Positions 12,520 to 26,138 of a stretch of DNA of 60,000 nt are shown here, in pieces. A program made the position numbers and the translations under genes. How positions within the stretch are numbered: position 1 is the stretch's first letter; every line of letters starts with the position of its first letter. The notes beneath the pieces were generated by a model, which saw only the letters and a program-made list of their open reading frames with translations, was not told the DNA's origin and ran no database searches. The stretch spans positions 29,700,001 to 29,760,000 of the forward strand of contig NC_086108.1 of NCBI RefSeq assembly GCF_963921235.1, read 5' to 3'. The stretch is from Mobula hypostoma (taxonomy: Eukaryota).

Positions 12520-13432
12520 CATCCATTTGTCTTTCACTTGTCCCTGTACAGGTAAATAACTATTATTATCACATACTGAGGTACATAAGAATCTTGTCTT
12601 GCACACCATCCATTCAGGTAAATTCACTACAAAGGTGCATTGAGGTAGTACAATGTAAAACAATAGCAGTACAGGGTGCATTGTGGGTAGACAGTCAGGT
12701 ACAAGGTCACATGAGATGGGTCAAGAGGTCAGGAATCAATCTTGTTCTGTGGAAGCATCCAGTGCTCTAATAACAGGGAAAGTAGCTGGTCTTGGGCCTG
12801 GTGGTGTGTTTTCAGGCACTGTCTCTTGCCTGATTTGGTGGGGTAGGGGTGATAGAAGAGAGAATGTCTAGGGCAGATGGGGTCTTTGGTTATGCTGGCT
12901 GCTTTCCTGAGGTAGTGAAGTACAGAGAATCCATGAGGGAGAGGCTGGTTCTGTGACGTGGGCACAGATCAGCGCAATGCTCTGCAATTTCTTGTGGTCC
13001 CAGGCAAATCAGTTGCTGTACCAAGCCATGATGCATCTGGAAAGAATGTTTTCAATGTGGCACAGTAGTGTCCTGGTTAGCACAATGCTTTACTGTACTG
13101 GTGACCCAGGTTCAATTTCAGCCGCTGCTGGGGAGGAGTTTGTATTCTCTCCCTGTGACCACGTGAGTTTCCTTCGGGTGCTCCTTCTTCCTCCGCAATT
13201 GAAAGGTCTACCATTGGTAGGTTGCATTGTAAATTGTCTTGTAACTGGGCGAGGATTAAATTGAGGGTGCTGATTGACATGGCCCAAAGGGTCAATTAAG
13301 CTATATATCAATGAATAAGATTGGTGACAGTCAAAGGGGACATGCCAGATTTCTTGAGCACCCTGAAGAAGTAAAGGTGCTGACAAGCTTTCATAGCTGT
13401 GGTGTCTGGGATTAGACCAGGACTGGTTATTG
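12520..13432 (-). mobile_element. Rex1-type 3' fragment interrupted by a V-SINE
   Basis: ORF 12729-12965 contains YLRKAASITKDPICPRHSLF, typical of the Rex1 C-terminus. The fragment continues at about 13300-13432. Confidence 0.7.
13058..13295 (+). mobile_element. tRNA-derived V-SINE (HE1-like)
   Basis: A/B-box-like head (tggttagcac..caggttcaatt) and V-domain ggagtttgtattctctccctgtgaccacgtgagtttccttcgggtgctcc. Confidence 0.75.
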
Positions 13433-16164
13433 ACGTCTTCCCTAACCTGAAATCTGATTAATCAGAACTCTTGTTTAGAGTTGTGAAAGGTCATAACCTG
13501 AAAAGTTGCTCTATTTTGTCATCAAAGTGTATCTGACATGAATACTGTCAGTTTTTAATTCAGAATTCATTTTCCTTTGATTCCATAACTCTTGCTTTAT
13601 TTGACTAACCAAAACTTTGATCAGCTGATATCTTCAAAAGCTTGGTCACTCTAACCCTTGCCCATCCAGTAACTTGCACACAACTAACAATGGGCCCATT
13701 TCCCTCTTTTAACAGAATGCTGGCCAATTTCCAAGTTAACAGCATAATTCCCAATTTTGGTGCGTTCATGTTGCCGCAAAACACACAAGAATACTTTCCC
13801 CATTACACCAAGAATTCCTTCATTTTTATAGGTAGCTTTATGGAAATGGCCCTTTTTGTACTCCAAGGCAATGTATTTTACTGAGTCATTAACTATTAAT
13901 GAGCAAATAGATTGATATTCTACAACTCATTTATCTTACACTTAGCAACAAGGTGATTCACTGGTTGATTTAATTTCTCAGTGGTCATAGACATCAGCTG
14001 GCACACTTGAAGTGTTGGATTATCATTAATATTGTCATCTAGCCTTGATCTATTATCTATTAAAAATGATCTTCCAGTACTGTACTAAATATATGGGAGA
14101 TTATATCCCCTAACAAATAAGGACTGTGTTGCTTCGCTATTTGAAGTAAAGTAGATTGCATTTAAGCATAGTGTTGGGGGTTGCTTAATGCATTTTGGGG
14201 GGGGGGGGCGGGTAGCAGCTATTCCAGGAGCCCAATAGATATATTTGCCTAGAATTGAGATAGATTGACTATTGGGACAGTGCTAGGTCATTCAAACTGA
14301 AGAAAGTTGCAGGTTGTGTTTGCTCACTGAATGTTGGTGTTTGCTGACAAATTCATGAGAATTGTGATGGTGTCCAAGGGCGAGGTCTGACCTTCCTTGG
14401 ATTCCTTGGCACAGCATTCTGGAAATAGCTAATTGGATCCCCTAAGTGGGCTTGATGTAAGATGTAAACCTCCATTAAATTCAGTGGTGCTTCTGAGGCT
14501 GCAAATTGTGGTTAAAAGGGGAAGATTAAAAAATATCTTGCTTTAATATTTTGCTTATTTCTAAATATTGGTTTAAACACATTCCTGTTTTTATTGTATT
14601 TAAAACAGTTGTTTACCTGAGGAACATAATTCAAAAATTGGAAGCTTTGCCCCACCTTTGTGTCCAAATGTTTCTGTCAATTGCATAGCCAAAATACAAG
14701 TTGTTAAAAGTAGCTAGAGATTAGCAGTATCTGTAAACTACCTTTTAAGGTAGTTAACCCCCACAGCAGGAGTGTTAATGCTGCAGCAGCGTGGAATGAG
14801 GAAGCAGAACAGCCGGCCATATAGCATCTGTCAACGGTGGAATTGCGTTTTCTTCAGTTGGTAATTCTCCTAGAAGTGCCAGGATTTTTTTTTCTGAAAG
14901 ACCATTTGTATATTTTAAAGGAAAACTTTTTGCAATTTTTCTTTGCTTCCTGAAAGGGAGGAGGAGTGAGGTTATTTGACTAACCATTGATGGTAAGGTA
15001 ATTTAGATTAGGAATCAATTAAAGCCAATTGTATGGACAACTATCAACTTTCCCCTTTTTTTTGCCTTGGAGAACTATTTAGAGTGACTTTTTTTTCATT
15101 CCTAACTTGCCCAAAGAGGTGAATATTAATGCACTAGGTTAATGGATGTCATCCTGCGTAGTTTTCTTTACTGTGTACATTGGAACAAAAATTCTGTAAT
15201 ACATAACTGTTTCATTAAATAAATCACAAGACCCCCCTCCCCAACTGAAATTTGTGGCCAGTGATTATAATCAATGATGGGAAGGTTCAAATAGTGAAAT
15301 GCTTCAGATGTTTGGGGTGGCTTCATTTTATCAGATTGCATGTTTTAATCATTGATGGCATCACAGTGGCTGATGACATCACAGTGGCTTTAAATCAGTA
15401 ACCATGAGAACTATCTTGGTTTTGATATCCCAGCTATCAGACAAGAAGCACAAACTGTCGCCTTTCAGTCTTCAGCGAGCAAATACCAGAGGGGTGAAAG
15501 GGTTGACAGGTAACGCAAGTAGGAGCAAGAAAGATAAATTTGGTCAAGCGGTTGTTTCTTGTGTGGTTCTTTCAAAGGTAACATGTTTGAGATGAACATT
15601 AAACTGTTGTTCCGTCTGCCATTGATTATGAAGATCTTGTGGTGTTTTGTAGAATGTTATAGTTTATGCTTTGGGGCCAGTCAATGAAATCATCTAATCT
15701 TGTTCCACTTGTATGTTCCACAATTTATAATTCCCTATTTGATTTCTATCATGCTGTTGGCATTCCTTAGAACTCTTGTATGTACAGTAATATTATTGTA
15801 ATAAATAAAACATTGTGTGTAACACCCATACAGAAGCCAAGCAATACTGGGGAGGGGTGAGACTGAGTTAGTGAGCCAACATCAGTAAGTTTGAGGGTTT
15901 GGGCTCAGAGGCTGGAGCAGTTTAGTGAAATATATGAAAGGGTATAATGGGACGCATTGAAAGGGCAGGGAGGGGGAAATCCAATGGATGGACGACAGAA
16001 TTTAAGTTGCTGGATATTAAACTTTGCAGGCCGTACTAAGTAAAATAAGAACATTGAAGATGGTGTTGTGAGGAATAGATCCTCTTGAGGCATTGTATTT
16101 TAATTTGGCTCCAGTCGTGAAGGCATTGTGAAGTTGCAATAGATTGAAATTAATTTTCACTAGG

Positions 16165-17095
16165 ACTTAGTACATTATAGCCCAGTGCAGGCCCTTCATC
16201 CCATGATGTTGTGCCAACCTGTTAAAGATCAATCTACCCCTACATGAGCCTCATTTTTCTGTCATCTGTGTGCCTGTCCAAGAGTTTCTTAAATTCCCCG
16301 AATGTATTTGTCTCAACCACCCCAGCAGGGTACTCCATGCACCCCCCACTCTCTGTTAAGGACTTGCTCTGCTGATATGCCCCCGTGCTTTTCTCCAATC
16401 ACCTTAAAATTATGCCACTTTTAGTATTAGCCTGGGGGGTGGGGGGGGGTTGGTGGAGATGGTGTCTGGCTATCCACTCTATCTATGCCTGTTGTACACC
16501 TCTCATCCTCCTTCACTCCAGAAAGAAACACCCTACCTGGCTCAACCTGTCTTAATAAGACATACTCTGTAGTTCAGACAGCACCCTGGTATATTCCTCT
16601 GAACCCTCTCTGAAGCTTCCACATCCTTCCGGTAATGATGCAACTGGAACAGAACACAAGACTCGAAGTGTGGACTAATCAGGGTTTTATAGAATTGTAA
16701 CATTACCTTGTGACTCTTGGACTCCAGCTCCTTGATTAAGGATGGCCAACACACTATGCCTTCTTAACAAACCTATCAACTTGAGCAGTGACTTTGAGGA
16801 ATCTATGGACATAAACCCCAAGATCCCTCTGTTCCTCCACTCTGCTCAGTCTTGCCATTAACCTGGCTTCAAACTCAACCTACCAGAATGAATTGCTTAA
16901 CATTTTTCTGGGTTGAATTCCACCTGCCATTTTTCAGCCCAGCTCTGCATCCTGTCAATGTCCTGTTGCAACCTACAACAACCCTCCACGTTATCCACAG
17001 CTTCACCAACTTTCATCTGCAAACTGACTAACCCACACTTCCACTGCCTCATCAAAGTCATTTATAAAAACTACAAAGCAGGTGTCCCAGAACAC
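16165..17095 (-). mobile_element. CR1 3' fragment
   Basis: VMLQFYKTLISPHFESCVLF..YRKDVEASERVQR and a CR1 3' UTR. Confidence 0.9.
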
Positions 17096-17341
17096 TGACC
17101 ACTATCTCTCAATTGCATCATTTGTTCAACATGCATTTTGAAAACAGAACAGCTTTGACTTGTTGCTGCTCTTTGAGGCAGGAAACTTGCTGAGCTAGAT
17201 ACATTGTTTTTGTTTTGAACTCAGAATTTTAAAAAAATGTGTAATACTGGTAGAATGTTCCTTAAATTATTTTTGTTCTACAGTATAATAAATGTGGGTG
17301 GAGATGAGCAACATGGTTGGTGTCTTAGGAAAGTGGAATAC

Positions 17342-17533
17342 TCATTGCTTATTTATTTTTGTATTTGCACAGCTTGTCTTCTGTACTTTGGTTGAACACC
17401 CAAGTTGGGCAGTGTCTCATTGATTCTGTTAGGGTTGTTATTCTATAGATTTATTGAGTATGGCCACAAGGAAATGAACCTCAGGATTGTATAGGATGAC
17501 ATATATGTACTTTGATAACAAATTTACTTTGAG
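17342..17533 (+). mobile_element. Rex1-type 3' UTR fragment
   Basis: Clearly homologous to 55545-55737 (tatagatttattgagtat..gtactttgata..aaatttactttga). Confidence 0.7.
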
Positions 17534-18077
17534 TAAAAGGGAAGAAGAGAATTTTGGACTTGACTAATCAATGCCAATTCCAGCTCATCATTCGTAAGAG
17601 CTGCCCATAGAACCAATCACACTTCACTTTCCCTTTCCCTTCTACCTGCTAAAATGGATATATTGTAAATTGGCAAACTTAAATAGCTTTTTTTTAATTA
17701 TTGTGTGCATCAATGTTATCTGGCAGCATAAACTAGAATGCCCTGTTTTTTAAACACACCAATCCACTTATTTTAGCAACATGTATTTATATACTACTGT
17801 GATCAATTTCCCAAATTTAACAACCATTCAATGTGCCATTGTAGGACTCAAAACTGCCAATGATTAAAGTTCACTCCTTAAACAAGTTTTTAAGAGGGTG
17901 TCAGGTGAAATATTTTCATCTCATTAGAGGAAAGATATGGAAACTTCAGAGAGAGTGCAGAAGAAATTTACCAGGCTGCTGGCTAGACTAGAGCATGTAT
18001 TATAAGGAAAGGTTGAACAAGCTAGGGTTTGTCCCTTTGGAGTGAAATAGGATGAGAGGTGATTTGATAGAGCTGTA

Positions 18078-19152
18078 GTGCGATCACTTGAGTTGAGTGT
18101 TCTTCTAAAACGTTGTGTATGGGTGTATGGGGGGGGGTGTTCTTGGGTGACTGTACAGGCTGATCCAGGATATATCTGTTCGGGTGCAGTGTGGGCAAGA
18201 GTGATTGTAGTTGGTGGCTGGGTGTTTTTGGTTGTTCAGTCTCTTTCACAGCTGCCACTTGTTCTCAGTGACACCGCAGAGATTGCTTTTGTAGCGTAAC
18301 CCATTCTTGAACAGATTTCTTCCAGGTGTATCTATTGAGTGCAATCTCTTCCTAGTTTATAGATGTAATGTTCAATTTCTTCATCCTGATTTTAAAGTTT
18401 CTTTTGCCCACTGGGTCTCGTTGACATTCCTTCCACTGGAAATAAAGGATCTGTTTGGGGAGATGTGAATTGGGCATCTGGATGATGGTAATGTAGGAAG
18501 AACGACTGCTCTATATACCAAAAGATTTAGTTGGACCTGTAGGTTGTGATTTTCAGACTCTTTTCCTCGATCTTGCACAGTCTCCACTCGCATTACTTGA
18601 GTGCCAGTTGATCTTTGAGTGGAAATCTACTTCTGAGGAGAGAATGCTGGCAAGGTAGGGAAAGTGGTCTACATTTTCACAGAAGATAATTGTCAATTTT
18701 TATGGAGGCCTGGATAAATGGCTGGATGGTGGCTGATCAGTTTTGTATTCAAAACGAGACTCGAGGCCCTATATGACTTGGCAATGTATCCTGAATACCT
18801 TTTGGAGGTCTTTTTCAGAGTGTGCTGCAGTGAAGTTGTCATTTGCATACTGAAGCTCCATGATAGTGGTGGTGCTAACCTTGTTCTTGGCCTTGAACCG
18901 GTAGAGATTGGAAAGCCTGTTGTCCATTCTACAGACATTTGGGATTCCCTGTGGCAGGTTTTGGCTGATGAGGTGAAGGATGACAGCAATAAAGATGGCG
19001 AATGGGGTGGGCCCAATGATACAGCCCTGTCTGGTTCCAGTCTGGACAGCGAAGGGTTCTGATTCAGCGCCACTGTTGCTGAATACTGTAGCTAACAGGT
19101 CATCATTCAGTAGCTCAGTATTCATAAGTACATGTCGGTCAACCATTGGGAG
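18078..19152 (-). mobile_element. RTE-clade LINE, 3' (non-inverted) part: RT C-half to C-terminus
   Basis: LLNDD..SEPFAVQTGTRQGCIIGPTPF..ELQYAND, LLVYRAVVLPTL, and a C-terminal ISLYSHPRT. Confidence 0.85.
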
Positions 19153-22100
19153 TGCATAAACACCAACTCTAGAGTACGGAAAAGGTCTTCTATGGTTCCT
19201 AGAAGTAACACTGAGTATCTCAAGGAAAGGAAGGCACTGGCTACATCAACTCAGATGGATTATTTCTACTCACCATGTGTGCTGGTGCACAACCTTATCA
19301 GGAACATTTCCAATAAGGGGGAAAAAAACAGATTCCAGGCATTTTGGCAGCGCCTCTGATCCAGAAGTGAAGAGTCAGCAGAGTGGCCATCGTGGGAGTG
19401 GACTGCGTTATAGGTGTCGGGCTTTGGCTTAACAGACTTCGGCAAGCGCAGGGCACAGGTAAGTTTCTAATAAGTATTTTTCCCCCCCTGTTACTACATA
19501 GCTAGTGTGCTGAGTATGCATCCAGAGTTAGTGGTATTTCTTGTGTGAGATGTGGGAACTTTGGAGACCTTCAGTCTCACTGAGAACTACACCTGCACGA
19601 GCTGTAGCTCCTTGGAGACCATGATAAAGAGCTGCAGCTGCAGATAAATGACCTTCAGCTCGTGCGTGATTATGAGGTGATGAACACTACAGGGAGGTAG
19701 TCAACCCCAAATTGCAAGAGGTAGGTACGTGGGTGACTGTCAGGAGAGGGAAACAGAATAGGCAGCTAGTGGAGAGTAACTCTGTGGCCAGTCCCCTCAA
19801 AAAGTACACCACATCGGATACTGTTCGGGGAGGGTGAATGACCTACTGGGGGAGCCGGAGTGACTGGTCTCTGGCACTGAGTCTCTCTGTGGTTCAGAAA
19901 GGAAAGAGGGAGAAGGAGTGCAGTAGTGATAGGAGATTCCATAAATTCAAGAATTCTGTGAATGTGAGAGAGACACCCGGATGATATGTTGCCTCCCAGG
20001 AGTCAGGATCAGGGATGTCATGGATTTGGTCCACAGCATTCTAAAGGGAGAGGGTGAACAGCCGGAAGTCAGGGTATACATTGGGACCAACACCATAGCT
20101 AGGAAAAGGGAGGAGATCCTGGAGAGAGAATATAGGGAGTTGGGTAGAAAGCTGAACACCAGGACCTCCAGGGCAGTAATCTCTGGATTGCTACCCGTGC
20201 CAGTGAGGGTAAGAATAAAAATACTTGGCAGATGAATGTTTGGCTGAAGAATTGGTACAGGGATCAGGGCTTCAGATTTCTGATCATTGGGATCTTTTCG
20301 GAAGGAGTCACCTGTACAAAAATGATGGGTTACACCAGAATCCAAGGGGAGCCAATATCCTAGTGGGCAAGTTTGCTCAAGCTTCTGGGGAGTGTTTAAG
20401 CTACTTTGGCAAGGGGGTGGGAACTAGAGTGATGGGGCTGCGGATAGCTGTTGGTATCTATCTAGATGCAACATGCAGTGAGACTGTGAGGAAGAGCAGG
20501 CAGGTGATAGGGCAAAGTTGTAGTCAGTGGGAAGACTTAAGGTATAATAGTGGGCCAAAAATGGATGATTATTACAGGACTGGAGGTGTTGTATTTGAAT
20601 GCATGCAGTATACGAAATAAAGCAGGTCATCTTATAATGCAGTTGGAGACTGGCAGGTATGATGTGGGTGTCCCTGAGTCATAGCTGAAAGAAGATCATA
20701 GTTGGGAGCTTAACATCCAAGGATACACATTGTAGTGAAAGGACAGGTAGGTCGGCAGTGGGGGTGGGGTGGCTCTGTTGGTTTAAAAAAAATAAATTGA
20801 AATCAAGTCCTTAGAGGTGACATAGAATGGGAAGACATAGAATCACAAGACATTGAATCGCTGTGGATAATAAAACTGCATGATGGGCGTTTATATATAG
20901 GCCTCCGAACAGTAGCCAGGATGTGGGCTACAAGTTATAACAGGAGATGGAAAAGGCATGTAATAAGGGCTATGTTATGATAGTCATGAGGATTTCAATA
21001 TGTAGATAGACTGTGGAAAATCAGGTCGGTGCTGGAACCCAGGCAGAGGAATTTATGGAATTCCTACGATGTGGCTTTTTCGAGCAGCTTGTAGTTGAGC
21101 CCACTTGAGGAATGGCAATTTTGGATTTGGTTTTATGTAATGACTGATTTTGATTAGTGGGTTAAAGGTAAAGGAACCTTTCGGAGACAGTGATCATAAG
21201 ATGATAGCATTCACCCTGCAGTTTGGGAAGGAGAAGCTATAATTGGATGTATTAGTACTACAGTGGAGTGAAGGGAATTAGAGGCATGAGAGAGGTGTGG
21301 GCTAAAGTTGGTTGGAAGAGGACATCAGCAGGGATGATGGCAAAACAGCAGTGGCTGGAGTTTCTGGGAGTAATTCAGAAGTTTCAAGAAAAATGCATCC
21401 CAAAGATGAAGTTGTATTCTAATGGGAGGGTGAGGCAACCGTGACTAACAAGGTAGTCAAAGAAGCATAAAAGCAAAAGGGAGAGCATATAAGGGAGCAA
21501 AAATTAATGGGAAGGTAGAGGATTTGGAAGCTTTTAAAATCCAACAGAAGGTAATTAAAGTCATAAAGAGAGAAAAGATTATAGACAAAGGTAAACTAGC
21601 CAATAATATAAAGGATGCAAATTTTTTTTCCAGATTATGTGATTGTGTAGTTTAAAAAAAAGGATGAGATCAGAGTGGACATTGGGATGCTGGAAAGGTA
21701 GCAATGGGGGGGGGGGTGCAAAGAATAGCAGAGAAGCAGAAATGTGAGCGTGTCAGGGGGCAGAAGTGAGTTGTGGCCATTACTAAGGGGAAGGTGCTTG
21801 GGAAGTTGAAGGGTCTGAAGGTAGATGAGTAACCTGGACCAAATGGACTACACACCAGGGTTTTGAAAGAGGTGGCTGAAGAGACTATGGAGGCATTAAT
21901 AATCTTTCAAGAATCATTAGACTCTGGAGGACTGGAAAACTGCAAATGTCACTCCTGTCTTTAAGAAGGGAAGGACACAGAAGAAAGCAAATTATAGGCC
22001 AGTTAGACTGCCTTCAATGGTTAGAAAGATGACCGAATTTCTTCGGCAGTTGAACAGGGCACGACTGCGCAAGCGCGAGTAAGGCAGACTGTGAGGCAGC

Positions 22101-22291
22101 GGGAGTATTTAAAAGAGAGCAGATTAGTGGAGCAGGCGATGTTGTAGCGGGTGACAGAGTAGAGGGAGACAGAGTAGGAAGGCTTTAGTGCCTGAGGCTT
22201 CGGCGAGCAGAGGCTGAGGACGAGCTTCACTCCAAGTGAGGTAAGGCCGGGTAATTTCCTTTAATAAATCTAATTACCTTAAGAGTAGGTA

Positions 22292-23229
22292 ATGGAGGCA
22301 GCAGTTAGGGCAGTTGAGTGCTCCGTTTGCAGAATATGGGAAGTCAGGGCGAGCACAATCGTCCCTGACTACACCTGTGAAAGGTGCATCCAGCTGCAGC
22401 TCCTGACAAACCGAGTTAGGGAACTGGAGATGGAGCTGGATGAACTTCGGATCATTCATGAGGCAGAGGCAGCAATGAACAGGAGTTACAGGGAGATAGT
22501 CACCCCTAAGAGTCAGGAGACAGGTAGCTGGGTGACTGTCAGAAGAGGGAAGGGGAAAAGACAGAATGAGCAGAGTGCCCCTGTGGCTGTTTCCACCAAT
22601 AATAAGTACATCGTTTTGGATACTGTTGATGGGGACAACCTACCAGGGACAAGTTGCAGTAGTTGCGTCTCTGGCACCGAGACGGGACCCTCAGCTCAGA
22701 AGGGAAGGAGGGAAAAGAGGAGAGCAGTAGTGATAGGGGATTCGATAGTTAGGGGAACAGGTAAGAGGTTCTGTGGAAGAGATTGAGAATCCCAGATGGT
22801 CTGTTGCCTCCCTGGTTCCAAGGTCCGCGATATCTCAGGTCGAGTTCTCAGTATTCTCAAGAGGGAGGGTGAGCAGCCGGATGTTGTGATCCATGTAGGG
22901 GCCAATGACGTGGGTAGAAAGAGTGAGGAGGTCCTGAAGGGTGAGTTGAGGGAGTTAGGCGCCAAGTTAAAGGACAGAACCTCCAGGATAGCAATCTCAG
23001 GATTGCTACCAGTGCCACGTGCAGGCGGGTTTAGAAATAGTAAGATAGTGCAGATCAACACGTGGCTGAAGACATGGCGCAGGAGGGAGGCTTCAGATTT
23101 GTAGATAATTGGGCAGTTTTCCAGGGAAGGTGGGACCTGTTCCGGCGGGACGGTTTACATCTGAACTGGAGGGGGACAAATATTCTTGCAGGTAGGTTTG
23201 CTAGAGAGGCTCCAGTGGATTTAAACTAG
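22292..23229 (+). pseudogene. CR1 ORF1 (CxxC zinc finger, leucine zipper, SGNH/GDSL esterase); in-frame stop at 22784 and a frameshift near 23085
   Basis: CSVC..CERC, LQLLTNRVRELEMELDEL, VVIGDSIVR and VIHVGAND. This domain set is the established CR1 ORF1 esterase architecture. Confidence 0.9.
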
Positions 23230-23352
23230 ATACAAGGGCGGAGGGGAACCAGAGTGTAGAAACAGATGTACAGGAGAAGGAAGAAAAAGAAAATAGTAAA
23301 GTTGTTTGCACCGTTCGTGATAAACAGAGAGTAAGAGGTGGAAAATTTCTTA

Positions 23353-26138
23353 AATGCATTTATTTTAATGCTAGGAGCATTATAAAAAAGGTAGATGAGT
23401 TTAAAGCATGGATTGATACCTGGAAGTATGATGTGGTAGCCATTAGTGAAACATGGTTACAGGAGGGGTGTGATTGGCAACTAAATATTCCTGGATTTAA
23501 TTGCTTCAGGTGTGATAGAATCAGAGGGACAAGAGGGGGAGGTGTTGCATTGCTTGTCAGAGAAAATATTACAGCGGTGCTCTGGCAGGATAGATTAGAG
23601 AGCTCGTCTAGGGAGGCTATTTGGGTGGGATTGAGGAATGGGAAAGGTGTAGTAACACTTATGGGGGTGTATTATAGACCACCAAATGGGGAGCGAGAAT
23701 TGGAGGAGCAAATTTGTAAGGAGATAGCAGATATTTGTAGGAAGCATAAGGTTGTGATTGTGGGAGATTTTAATTTTCCACACATAGACTGGGAAGCCCA
23801 TACTGTAAAAGGGCTGGATGGTTTGGAGTTTGTAAAATGTGTGCAGGATAGCTTTTTGCAACAATACATAGAGGTGCCAACTAGAGAAGGGGCAGTGTTG
23901 GATCTCCTGTTAGGGAATGAGATAGGTCAGGTGACGGAGGTATGTGTTGGGGAGCACTTCGGGTCCAGTGATCACAATGCCGTTAGTTTCAATATAGTTA
24001 TGGAGAAGGATAAGACTGGACCCAGGGTTGAGATTTTTGATTGGAGAAAGGCTAACTTTGAGGAGATGTGAAAGGATTTAGAAGGAGTGGATTGGGACAA
24101 TTTGTTTTATGGGAAGGATGTAATAGAGAAATGGAGATCATTTAAAGGTGAAATTTCGAGGGTACAGGATCTTTATGTTCCTGTCAGATTGAAAGGAAAG
24201 GTTAAAAGTTTGAGAAAACCATGGTTTTCAAGGGATATTGGAAACTTGGTTCGAAAAAAGAGAGACATCTACAATAAATATAGGCAGCATGGAGTAAATG
24301 AGGTGCCCAAGGAATATAAAGAATGTAAATAGAATCTTAAGAAAGAAATTAGAAAAGCTAAAAGAAGATATGAGGTTGCTTTGGCAAGTAAGGTGAAAAT
24401 AAATCCAAAGGGTTTCTACAGTTATATTAATAGCAAAAGGATAGTGATGGATAAAATCGGTCCCATGGAGAATCAGAGTGGATAGCTATGTGTGGAGCCA
24501 AAAGAGATGGGGGAGATTCAAGCAATTTCTTTTCTTCGGTATTCACTAAGGAGAAGGATATTGAATTGTGTAAGATAAGGGAAACAGGTAGGGAAGTTAT
24601 GGAAACTATGATGATAAAAGTGGAGGAAGTACTGGCACTTTTAAGGAATATAAAAGTTGATAAGTCTCCAGGTCCTGACTGGATGTTCCCTAGGACCTTA
24701 AGGTAAGTTACTGTGGAAATAGCAGGGGCTCTGACAGAAATTTTTCAAATATCATTAGAAACGGGGATGATGCTGGAAGATTGGTGTATTGCTCATGTTG
24801 TTCCATTGTTTAAAAAGGGTTCGAAGAGTAAACCTAGCAATTATTGGCCTGTGAGTTTGACGTCAGTGGTGGGTAAATTGATGGAAAGTATTCTTAGAGA
24901 TGGTATATATAATTATCTGGACAGATAGGGTCTGATTACGAACAGTCAACATGGATTTGTGCGTGGAAGGTCATGTTTGACAAATCTTATTGAATTTTTT
25001 GAAGAAGTTACTAGGAAAGTTGACGAGGGTAAAGCGGTAGATGTTGTCTATACGGACTCCAGTAAGGCCTTTGACAAGGTTCCACACGGAAGGTTAGTTA
25101 GAAAGGTTCAATTGTTGGGTATTAATATTGAAGTAGTAAAATGGATTCAGCAGTGGCTGGATGGGAGATGCCAGAGAGTAGTGGTGGATATCTGTTTGTC
25201 AGATTGGAGGCTGGTAACTAGTGGTGTGCCTGAGGGATCTGTACTGGGTCCAATGTTGTTTGTCATATACATTAATGATCTGGATGATGGGGTGGTAAAC
25301 TGGATTAGAAAGTATGCAGATGATACTAAGATAGGTGGAGTTGTGGATAATGAAGCAGGTTTTCAAAGCTTGCAGAGAGATTTAGCCCAGTTAGAAGAGT
25401 GGGCTGAAAGACGGCAGATGGATTTTAATACTGATAAATGTGAGGTGCTACATTTTAGTAGGACTAATCAAAATAGGACATACATAGTAAATGGTAGGGC
25501 ATTGAAGAATGCAGAGGGATCTAGGAATAATGGTGCATAGTTCCCTGAAGGCGGAATCTCATGTGGATAGGGTGGTGAAGAAAGCTTTTGGTATGCTGGC
25601 CTTTATAAATCAGAGCATTGAGTATAGGAGTTGTGATGTAATGTTGAAATTGTACAAGTCATTGGTAAGGCCAAATTTGGAGTATTGTGTACAGTTCTGG
25701 TCACCGAATTATAGGAAAGATGTCAACAAAATAGAGAGAGTACAGAGAAATTTACTAGAATGTTACCCGGGTTTCATCACCTAAGTTACAGAGAAAGTTT
25801 GAACAAGTTTGGTCTTTATTCTTTGGAGCATAGAAGGTTGAGCGGGGACTTGATAGAGGTATTTAAAATCATGAGGGGGATAGATAGAGTTGACGTGGAT
25901 AGGCTTTTTCCATTGAGAAATTCAAACAAGAGGACATGAGTCGAGAGTTAAAGGGCAAAAGTTTAGGGGTAACATGAGGGGGAACTTCTTTACTCAGAGA
26001 GTGGTAGCTGTGTGGAACGAGCTTCCAGCAGAAGTGGTTGGGGCAGGTTCAATGTTGTCATTTGAAGTTAAGTTGGATAGCTATGTGGACAGGAAAGGAG
26101 TGGAGGGTTATGGGCTGAGTGCAGGTCGATGGGACTAG
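23353..26138 (+). pseudogene. CR1 ORF2 (APE endonuclease plus reverse transcriptase), disrupted
   Basis: YFNARSI, VAISETWL, GDFNFP, SDHN, KAFDKVPH, GVPEGSVLGP and YADDTK. Confidence 0.92.

Noticed and set aside
13058..13120. tRNA-like A/B boxes
   Set aside because: This is the head of a V-SINE and forms no cloverleaf, so it is not a tRNA gene.
13476..13512. Hammerhead-like remnant ttgtga-aaggtcataacct-gaaaagtt
   Set aside because: Stem II is perfect but the CUGANGA box is destroyed. At most this is a fossil PLE end.
22796..23229. SGNH esterase as a captured host enzyme gene
   Set aside because: It is the established ORF1 esterase domain of CR1 elements and is present in all three long CR1 copies here.
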